A DNA stretch of 16,699 nt from Candidatus Nanohaloarchaea archaeon (GTDB lineage: Archaea > Nanohalarchaeota > Nanosalinia > Nanosalinales > Nanosalinaceae), in the NCBI GenBank assembly GCA_046539225.1, contig JBKHHG010000017.1:1-16699 (forward strand), written 5' to 3'. The notes below the pieces were generated by a model. It worked only from the letters and a program-made list of their open reading frames with translations, ran no database searches and had not been told where the DNA came from. The position numbers and the translations under genes were made by a program. Positions 1-6,352 of the stretch are shown one piece after another. Numbering within the stretch: position 1 is the first letter of the stretch; each line of letters starts with the position of its first letter.

Positions 1-1534
1 CCTCGTGTTTCTCGGCCTCCTCCTTCATTTCCTCGATTTCTTCGTCGTCGAGCCGTGAAGCATCGTCGATTGAAATACTTGCTTCTTCTCCGCTCTGTTG
101 TTCCTCTGCGCTGACCTGTAGAATACCGTCGGAGTCGATCTCAAAGGTGACTTCGATCTGTGGCATTCCTGCCTTGGCTGGCGGAATTCCCTGTAGGTTG
201 AACTGTCCGAGGGACTTGTTGTCGCGGGCCATCTCTCTTTCCCCCTGGACAACATTGACGGTAACCATTGACTGGTTGTCCTGAGCTGTCGTAAAGGTCT
301 TGGATTCTTCTGCAGGTATTGTCGTGTTCTTTTCGATCAAAGTCTCTGTCAGGCCTCCCTTGACCTCTACGCCCAGTGAGAGAGGTGCCACATCAAGTAA
401 AAGAATGTCGTCCATCTCTCCCTCGATTGAACCGGCCTGGATTGCTGCTCCCATCGCGACCGCTTCATCCGGCGAGACTTCCTGGCTTGGTTCGAGGCCT
501 GTAATCGCTTGGACGTGTTCTCTGACTGCTGGGACTCGCGTGGTTCCCCCTACCAGAATCACTTCGTCCAGGTCGGAAGAGTCTACCCCTGCGTCTTCCA
601 TCGCGGTTTCAACAGGTTCCGTGGTTCTCTGTATAAGATCTTCTACAAGGTCTTCAAACTTTGAACGCGTTAACTCGTAGTCGATGTTGTAGGTCTCGCC
701 GTCTTCCTGGTGGATGAAAGGAATATTGACTTTGGCGGACTTTTTGGAGCTTAACTCTTTCTTGACTTCTTCCGCCTTTTCCCTGATGCGCTGCAAGGCC
801 TCATCGTTTTCAAGTCTTATGTCGTTTTCTTCCTCGAATTTGTTGAGAATCCATTCCACGATCTCTTCATCAAAGTCGTCGCCTCCGAGATCGTTGTCTC
901 CTTCCGTTGATTGAACTTCATAGATTCCATCGCCCATCTCCAGCACAGTAACGTCAAAAGTTCCGCCACCGAAGTCGTATACAAGAACTTGCTGGTCTCT
1001 ATCATCATCTAAACCGTAAGCCAGTGATGCAGCGGTCGGCTCGTTCAGAATTCTCTCGACTTCAAGGCCTGCGATCTCTCCCGCGTCCTTCGTAGCCTGT
1101 CTCTGAGTATCGTCAAAGTGTGCTGGTACCGTGATGACAGCTTTTGTAACTTCTTCCCCGATTTTATCCTCTGCGTCCTGTTTGAGCTTCTGAAGTATCA
1201 TGGAAGAGATTTCCTGAGGAGTATATTTGCTCCCGCAGCTTTCCTCCGGATCGCTACTCTCAGCAGATTCTCCGTTGGAGTAATCTGCGTCTTCAAGCTC
1301 TACGTCGTAGTCTTCCCCCATGTGGCGCTTGATGGATTTGACAGTGTTCTCCTCGTTGGTCACCATCTGGTTCTTCGCAGGTTTTCCGACCAGTCTTTCA
1401 CCCTCTTCAAATGCGACTATTGAAGGTGTAACTCTTTCACCCTCGCTGTTTTCAATTATCTCCGGTTCTCCGTTTTCTACGTGTGCTACTGCGCTTCTTG
1501 TTGTACCGAGGTCGATCCCGATTATAGCTGCCAT
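1..1534 (-). CDS. dnaK: Molecular chaperone DnaK (Hsp70); C-terminus lies beyond the window edge
   Basis: Manual translation from ATG 1534: [17 protein letters not shown]...[18 protein letters not shown]...[11 protein letters not shown]...[11 protein letters not shown]...LGGDDFD...LVGGTTRVP...[11 protein letters not shown]...[19 protein letters not shown], which are Hsp70 signatures. SD-like GTGGTGA upstream. Missing from the ORF track because it has no stop in the window. Confidence 0.98.
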   Translation of the reverse strand, partial: MAAIIGIDLGTTRSAVAHVENGEPEIIENSEGERVTPSIVAFEEGERLVGKPAKNQMVTNEENTVKSIKRHMGEDYDVELEDADYSNGESAESSDPEESCGSKYTPQEISSMILQKLKQDAEDKIGEEVTKAVITVPAHFDDTQRQATKDAGEIAGLEVERILNEPTAASLAYGLDDDRDQQVLVYDFGGGTFDVTVLEMGDGIYEVQSTEGDNDLGGDDFDEEIVEWILNKFEEENDIRLENDEALQRIREKAEEVKKELSSKKSAKVNIPFIHQEDGETYNIDYELTRSKFEDLVEDLIQRTTEPVETAMEDAGVDSSDLDEVILVGGTTRVPAVREHVQAITGLEPSQEVSPDEAVAMGAAIQAGSIEGEMDDILLLDVAPLSLGVEVKGGLTETLIEKNTTIPAEESKTFTTAQDNQSMVTVNVVQGEREMARDNKSLGQFNLQGIPPAKAGMPQIEVTFEIDSDGILQVSAEEQQSGEEASISIDDASRLDDEEIEEMKEEAEKHE

Positions 1535-1594
1535 TGTTTTCTAATTCACCACAGTTTTACTTACGTCAATAAAAATTTTTAAACGTGACAGGCC

Positions 1595-1852
1595 TTATTT
1601 TTTCTCCCTTATTCTGTAATCATCTACCTTTATCTGTCCGGATGAATTCTGATAGAGGACGCTCAGCGTTTTACCCTCCCCGTCTAAATCTATATCATAT
1701 TCCAGAGCCGTGTATGGAACGCTTTCAATACTTGAACTGATAATCTTCCTGTGACTATCAACCGCTTCTTCCAGGATTTCAGATATTGATTGTTCAAGTG
1801 CATCCGGCGTTTCAGCCTCAAGATCCAGTAGGGCCTCAAACTCTTTACTCAT
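1595..1852 (-). CDS. Hypothetical acidic protein (~85 aa) between grpE and dnaK
   Basis: ORF MSKEFEALLDLEAETPDALEQ... whose ATG overlaps the end of grpE (GGTGATGAGTAA). Acidic composition matches the genuine genes. No family recognised. Confidence 0.7.
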   Translation of the reverse strand: MSKEFEALLDLEAETPDALEQSISEILEEAVDSHRKIISSSIESVPYTALEYDIDLDGEGKTLSVLYQNSSGQIKVDDYRIREKK

Positions 1853-2330
1853 CACCCACTACCACCTCAGCCTCTCTCAAAACTTTGTCGCCGAACATGT
1901 AGCCTTTCCTCTTCTGCTCTACCACTTTTTTACCTTCCTCTTCCTTCTCCACTGCTTTGTGAAGCTCGGGGTCGAACTCTTCTCCCTCCGCATCGATTCT
2001 CTCCAGGCCTTCACTTTCCAGCTTTTTGTATAACTGGTCTGATACCATCTTTACACCCTGCAGAAGCGCCGAGTCCTCGTCCGCCGACAGAATCGCGCGT
2101 TCAAGGTTGTCAATCACTTCTATCATCTCCTCGGCGAGCTCTTCTTTCGCCTGGTGCTGCCATCTCTGCTTTCTCTCGTCCTGCTTCTTCTTGTAGTTCT
2201 CGAAGTCGGCCTTGAACTTCTTGGCTTTCTCCTCCCATTCCGAGGCCTGTTGCTGCGCCGATTCGAGTTCGTTCTCCAGCTGTTTCAAGGCCTCAATCTT
2301 TTTTTCCTCAGAGAGTTCTCCGTAGTCCAT
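1845..2330 (-). CDS. grpE: Nucleotide exchange factor GrpE
   Basis: KADFENYKKK, VIDNLERAI, GEEFDPELHKAV, KGYMFGDKVLREAEVVV are GrpE motifs; gene lies upstream of dnaK. Confidence 0.96.
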   Translation of the reverse strand: MDYGELSEEKKIEALKQLENELESAQQQASEWEEKAKKFKADFENYKKKQDERKQRWQHQAKEELAEEMIEVIDNLERAILSADEDSALLQGVKMVSDQLYKKLESEGLERIDAEGEEFDPELHKAVEKEEEGKKVVEQKRKGYMFGDKVLREAEVVVGDE

Positions 2331-2355
2331 GTTTCAGGGATGGAGAGAGAATTTT

Positions 2356-2769
2356 TTATGTGTAGCAGGTGTAGGTCATCTCGCTCTCGCCGAGGAATAT
2401 CATCGCCTCTTCCTCAACCACCTGATCCGTAGAGGAAAGACTGTCAAACCTTAACTCGAAGGTCTCCTGCGGGCCTACAAGGCCTTCAGGGCTGAGCGTG
2501 TAGTCAAGCTCTTCCCCGGCCACTATAACGTCAATCTCCGAGTTGTTTATCGAGTTCTGAGGATCCTCGTTTCTTATGTTGAATGCTACATCTCCTCCAT
2601 CTGTCCAGCAGCTTTCAACGTTAAGGTTTTCTGTGTCCAGGGTCAGGTCCGGCGTGTTATCCTGTATATCCTGCTGTGTATCCATCATTACCGTGTAGAA
2701 CGTGCCTGCGGCCGCCACCGTGACAGCCATCAAAAGCACCACTGCAACCACTGGAGTCACTCCTTTCAT
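2356..2769 (-). CDS. Archaeal type IV pilin / archaellin-like protein with class III signal peptide
   Basis: MKG|VTPVVAVVLLMAVTVAAAG matches the K-G|hydrophobic-S/T-P-V prepilin cleavage pattern, followed by a hydrophobic helix and an acidic beta-rich domain. Confidence 0.88.
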   Translation of the reverse strand: MKGVTPVVAVVLLMAVTVAAAGTFYTVMMDTQQDIQDNTPDLTLDTENLNVESCWTDGGDVAFNIRNEDPQNSINNSEIDVIVAGEELDYTLSPEGLVGPQETFELRFDSLSSTDQVVEEEAMIFLGESEMTYTCYT

Positions 2770-2842
2770 ACTCCAGGATAAGGCCTTGAGGTTTTAATCA
2801 GTTTCCAAGAACTTTATCAACCCCTGAAAATATACTTTCTTT

Positions 2843-3319
2843 ATGTCAGAGCATCCTTTTGTAGACGAAGAAGCCAGGAAGACCTCGACAATAGTCACGA
2901 AAAACTCAGTCGCGATACCTGAGGACAGGCAGAAGTACAAGTTAAGTGAGAGGGCGTGGAACTGGGAGAAGATCGTCGACCTGTTCTTCCCGCACGAGCA
3001 ATCACCTAAAAGAAACAAGTACGCCAAGATATTCCTGAGAGAGTTAAAGGCTGAAGGAGAGATCGACTCGGAAAAACTGAATAACTTTGGAGAATGGGGT
3101 CACGAAAAAGGCCTGTCAAACCTGAAAAACAATATCCTGCCAAAACTGAGGCGTCTCGGAGTTATACAGTACGAGTACCTGGAGTACCGTGATTCGAGCG
3201 AAGGCTCTCAAGGCCGCCGAAAAGTAGTCAAACCTGCTAAATCTTTCACATCGATACTGGATTCTATGGCCAATGGCTGGGCCGCCTTCGAGTCAGCTGC
3301 ATACAGCAATCAGGACTGA
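2843..3319 (+). CDS. Hypothetical protein, probable winged-helix DNA-binding protein
   Basis: 158-aa ORF, more basic than its neighbours. LSNLKNNILPKLRRLGVIQY...GRRKVV resembles a wHTH recognition helix plus wing. Divergent from pilin-grpE-dnaK. Confidence 0.7.
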   Translation: MSEHPFVDEEARKTSTIVTKNSVAIPEDRQKYKLSERAWNWEKIVDLFFPHEQSPKRNKYAKIFLRELKAEGEIDSEKLNNFGEWGHEKGLSNLKNNILPKLRRLGVIQYEYLEYRDSSEGSQGRRKVVKPAKSFTSILDSMANGWAAFESAAYSNQD

Positions 3320-3351
3320 ACTCCCGCGCGCGGGCTTTCTGTTCCTGATGC
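3306..3351. terminator. Inverted repeat between convergent genes, possible bidirectional terminator
   Basis: ATCAGGA...CCCGC GC GCGGG...TCCTGAT nested inverted repeat spanning the + gene stop, with CTTTCT on the + strand 3' side of the GC core. Confidence 0.45.
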
Positions 3352-3355
3352 AATG

Positions 3356-3469
3356 TTAAAGAGCGGTCGCTATAACAACTTCTGTATCGGAGCCGACCTT
3401 CGGGGCTTCCCGAACCTCCAAGTCCTGAGCTTCAAGCTCTGCTTCAAAGTTCCGCGTGTTTGCATTCAT
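3356..3469 (-). CDS. Small acidic peptide, 37 aa (MNANTRNFEAELEAQDLEVREAPKVGSDTEVVIATAL)
   Basis: ATG at 3469 is preceded by SD-like GAGGTG with a 10-nt spacer, similar to the histone gene (GGAGGTG plus 11 nt). Acidic composition, unlike the upstream part of the 104-aa track ORF. Confidence 0.65.
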   Translation of the reverse strand: MNANTRNFEAELEAQDLEVREAPKVGSDTEVVIATAL

Positions 3470-3800
3470 TCTTTTCTGGCACCTCGTTGTTCGAATCCAT
3501 AGATTTGGAAAGATTGTCGTAAAGGAGGCCGGAGGACAGGCCTCACCTTGCAAGCAAGACCTGCCCTCAACTGCTCTCCACCAAGTAGTTCCACAGAGGT
3601 AGAAAGCAGTTACCCAGTTTTTGAGTGTTCGCGGTCGGTCATTGGCCACTTCAATCGGCCAAGACTTCATCCCGCTTTACTCTGCCAGAAAATTGATAAT
3701 GGATGTTGCCTTGGCCTTAGTATGGATATACATAGGTCTCCCCAGATCCACGGACACGTTTCCAGAGAGCCATTCAGTATTTGAAACCAAGGCCATTTTC
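3470..3800 (-). ncRNA. Unidentified structured RNA or long 5' leader
   Basis: Helices that pair better on the minus strand through G-U pairs: 3532-3568 (16 bp), 3569-3611 (14 bp), 3638-3665, 3712-3795 (10 bp enclosing 3738-3769). Long-range pairs 3671-3680/3519-3528 and 3683-3692/3472-3481. No convincing protein in any frame. Confidence 0.65.
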
Positions 3801-3825
3801 GACTAACGAAGTATTGGAGCCCCGT

Positions 3826-3842
3826 CCTTAAATATCTTTATA
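3826..3842 (-). promoter_or_regulatory. Putative BRE/TATA promoter for the structured RNA and small peptide
   Basis: Minus strand TATAAAGATATTTAAGG about 30 nt upstream of the first helix. Confidence 0.5.
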
Positions 3843-3986
3843 CTCCCGCCGCAAACCACTCCCCAGAGAAACCTTGAACTAACGGAAAAAAGCCTTTATA
3901 GGCCTTGAATGAGGTTCTATTGGATAGGCCTCAGGGATCGTCAACGATGCAGTAGATTGAAAAATCAGGGTATTCTTCTGTAGTTC

Positions 3987-4439
3987 ATGGATCTTCCGGA
4001 AGGCCTTTCACGGGAGCAAGCTGAAGAACTTTTGAACGAAGCCGATGAAGTAAGAAAAAACACTTTCTCAACCTTCACTGGTAACTCTGTCGGAGCGACG
4101 ATTCTAACTGACTCCGGGAAGACTTACTCTGCGCCCTACTTTGAAAGCGTGATACAGGGTCTTGGGACTTGCGCCGAGAGAAATGCTGTGGGATCTGCGG
4201 TGGCGGACGGAGAATACAAGTTTACAGCGGTCGCAGTAGTCGGAGAGGCTGAAGAACCAATCACGCCCTGCGGAGCATGCAGACAGATACTCTCAGAGTT
4301 CGCGGAAGTCGCACAACACGACATCACTGTCATCATGAGAGGCCAAAATGGAGAAACGGAAGTTGAAAGCCTGGAGAATCTAATGCCGGATAGCTTCGGT
4401 GCCGCGGAAGCCGGGGCAGACCTTGAACAGTACAGATAA
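3987..4439 (+). CDS. cdd: Cytidine deaminase family protein (homotetrameric type)
   Basis: Zinc motifs CAERNA and PCGACRQ, plus VGA and C-terminal LMPDSF; 150 aa. Confidence 0.88.
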   Translation: MDLPEGLSREQAEELLNEADEVRKNTFSTFTGNSVGATILTDSGKTYSAPYFESVIQGLGTCAERNAVGSAVADGEYKFTAVAVVGEAEEPITPCGACRQILSEFAEVAQHDITVIMRGQNGETEVESLENLMPDSFGAAEAGADLEQYR

Positions 4440-5180
4440 CTATTTGATGTGAGGCCTGTAGACATTTTTCTCCAGTCTCTCCACCAAAATCTCCATCAAG
4501 GCCTGAAGGTTCTCCGCGTCGTACCTGTTGTAACGCACCAGCCTATCCAGTGCGTTTTCATCGTTTTTTTCCTCGTATTCCTTCCATAGACGGACCGCTT
4601 CTCTGCCATCGATGTCCTCAAGCTCTCTCTGGATTTCCAGTTCTTTCTCGATCTTCTTGAGGCCTCCGCTCAGGCCTATTCGTTTCGCTGGATACATCAG
4701 GTCGACGTGAGGCGTCTCCACTTCAAGATCGAAGTTGTGCTCCAGGAAGGGCGCGTCAAATCTCTTGCCATTAAAGCTGACAAGCATCTTTGACTCGAAG
4801 AACTCCTGCCTCAAGTTTTCTCTCGTAAGGTCTCTGCCTCTTACAAGCGTCTTTGACTCGCCGCCGCGGTAGAAGCTGACCGTGGTAACTTTATTCTTCT
4901 TTTTGGATAGGCCTGTGGTCTCTATATCGAAGAAGCAGGCCTCTGAGCTGAAGTTTCTGTAAATCCGCCATAGAGATTTGTTTGGAAACTTGTCCTTGAA
5001 GAATACGGAGTTGCCTACCTCCAGGTTTTTCTCTGCTTTCTCCACATGCCTTTTCTTTTCTTCATCAAGCTTCCCCGAGTCTTTCAGGTGATCCCAGTGA
5101 GTGTATCCGGACTTCCAGTACTTTTTCTCGGTTTTCTGGCCTACACCGGGCAGAAAAATGAAGGAGTTTTCGGCTTTCAT
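4440..5180 (-). CDS. RNase H-like domain (YprB-type, DEDD) predicted exonuclease
   Basis: FFDIETTGL, SFNGKRFDAPFL, HVDL, GGLKKIEKELEI and YNRYDAENL motifs; N-terminal LPGVGQKTE HhH-like segment. Confidence 0.85.
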   Translation of the reverse strand: MKAENSFIFLPGVGQKTEKKYWKSGYTHWDHLKDSGKLDEEKKRHVEKAEKNLEVGNSVFFKDKFPNKSLWRIYRNFSSEACFFDIETTGLSKKKNKVTTVSFYRGGESKTLVRGRDLTRENLRQEFFESKMLVSFNGKRFDAPFLEHNFDLEVETPHVDLMYPAKRIGLSGGLKKIEKELEIQRELEDIDGREAVRLWKEYEEKNDENALDRLVRYNRYDAENLQALMEILVERLEKNVYRPHIK

Positions 5181-5221
5181 AAAGAAAAATAGAAGGGGAG
5201 GGGTTAAAAATCCTTCCAGTT

Positions 5222-5419
5222 TTACCTGGAAGTTCTGACGTCTGCAGCCTGGACGGTCTTACGACCTGCGTGCTCTGCGTACTGCTTTGCTTCTCGAGCT
5301 CTGTCTTCCGCGAACTCTTCGAGCTCGTCTCTTAGCTCTTCTACTGCGTCTTCGGAGACTCTTGCGGCGCCAGACTGCTTAATAATTCTCTTAACTGGTG
5401 CGAGTGGTAGTTCTGCCAT
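5222..5419 (-). CDS. Archaeal histone (HMfA/HMfB family)
   Basis: MAELPLAPVKRIIK...ARVSEDA...AEHAGRKTVQAADV is a canonical single histone fold; strong SD GGAGGTGA. Confidence 0.97.
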   Translation of the reverse strand: MAELPLAPVKRIIKQSGAARVSEDAVEELRDELEEFAEDRAREAKQYAEHAGRKTVQAADVRTSR

Positions 5420-5485
5420 AAATTAATTTTCACCTCCTTGTTGAAGGCCTGAAAGGCCTTTTCATGTAAGCCAATTAAACGGGAG

Positions 5486-5500
5486 TGTATAAAAGCCTTT
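5486..5500 (-). promoter_or_regulatory. Putative BRE/TATA box of the histone gene
   Basis: Minus strand AAAGGCTTTTATACA about 70 nt upstream of the ATG, consistent with a leadered mRNA carrying the SD. Confidence 0.55.
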
Positions 5501-5642
5501 CGAGGTTTCCGGCTTCTATAACTGTTCTGCCTCGAGCATGAAACAGCTTTCATCTTCAGACCGGGTTTGAGGCCTGTAAAAAACTCCGGGGAAATGGAGA
5601 GTCACCCGGGAAAACTTTTCGGGTTGCTCCGTCTATACAGAG

Positions 5643-6299
5643 TTACAGGCTTTTCAGTTCCGTTTCAAGGCCTTCATCTGTGTCGAGAACAGCGTAAAAT
5701 CCCTGGTTCACCGGGCCTGGATTCACCATTTTTGTTCCGGCGAGCTGATCAACTCCTCTTGCCTCGTGTATATGGCCTGTCACCAGCAAATCGAAATCTT
5801 TGTCCTCGATGACCTCTCTTACTTCAGGGCTTCCGACGTGTTCCCCGTTGCTGATATCAAGCTCTGTACCTTCCGGTGGTTGATGGATAACCGCCACTTT
5901 CCGTTCTGAAGACATTCTGCCGTGAAGTGTTTCAACTGCTTTTCTGATCTCGTCCCCTGAAGGCTCAAAAGGAGTTCCGAACGGAGTAATTCCGCCTCCG
6001 AAGCCTACGGCCTCGAAATCTCCGAGGCTGGCAATCTTCTTATGAATATTCATCCTTCTCGCTATCAAGGCCTGAACAGACTCCTCTTCAGGATCCATGT
6101 TGCCTGGTACAGCCTTTACAAGGCCTGAACCGGATTCAAAAGTGTCGAGGACTTCTCCGAGGTTCTGGCTGTAGTCTGTGTACTCGCTGGCGTCGCTCAG
6201 GTCTCCGGCGCAGAGAACCGTGTCAAAGCTTTCCCGGGACAGGATTTTCTCAAGGTTTTCGACGTTTCCATGTATATCAGTTAAAAGCAGGACTTTCAT
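5643..6299 (-). CDS. Calcineurin-like metallophosphoesterase (Icc-related)
   Basis: DIHGN, GDL, PGNMD, HQPP and GHIHE metal-binding motifs. Confidence 0.93.
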   Translation of the reverse strand: MKVLLLTDIHGNVENLEKILSRESFDTVLCAGDLSDASEYTDYSQNLGEVLDTFESGSGLVKAVPGNMDPEEESVQALIARRMNIHKKIASLGDFEAVGFGGGITPFGTPFEPSGDEIRKAVETLHGRMSSERKVAVIHQPPEGTELDISNGEHVGSPEVREVIEDKDFDLLVTGHIHEARGVDQLAGTKMVNPGPVNQGFYAVLDTDEGLETELKSL

Positions 6300-6352
6300 G
6301 TTGAATAAAAGACCGGGGCAGAAATAAAGGCCTTTCCAACCAAGTTTCAGGT

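Noticed and set aside
25..1544. Several short track ORFs over the dnaK region
   Set aside because: Alternative-frame or antisense shadows of dnaK.
3489..3498. GTTCGAATCC T-loop-like motif on the plus strand
   Set aside because: No surrounding cloverleaf, so it is not called a tRNA.
3356..3670. 104-aa track ORF, and overlapping plus-strand ORFs 3548-3784 and 3621-3806
   Set aside because: The upstream part is Trp/Cys/Arg-rich, unlike this acidic proteome, and coincides with RNA helices. The internal ATG 3469 has the SD.
3330..3800. RNase P RNA or SRP RNA (GAGGACAGGCC on plus, AACAGAA on minus)
   Set aside because: The partial motifs are on opposite strands, and no P4 helix or SRP helix-8 motif could be built.
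3356..3823. tmRNA-like reading: GGGGCT at 3823, GGATTCGA at 3498-3491, AATGAAT-GCA-AAC resembling a resume context, tag-like tail
   Set aside because: No acceptor stem or T-arm/CCA 3' end was found, the motifs are not in tmRNA spacing, and the ORF has a normal SD-ATG. ARAGORN or Infernal would settle it.
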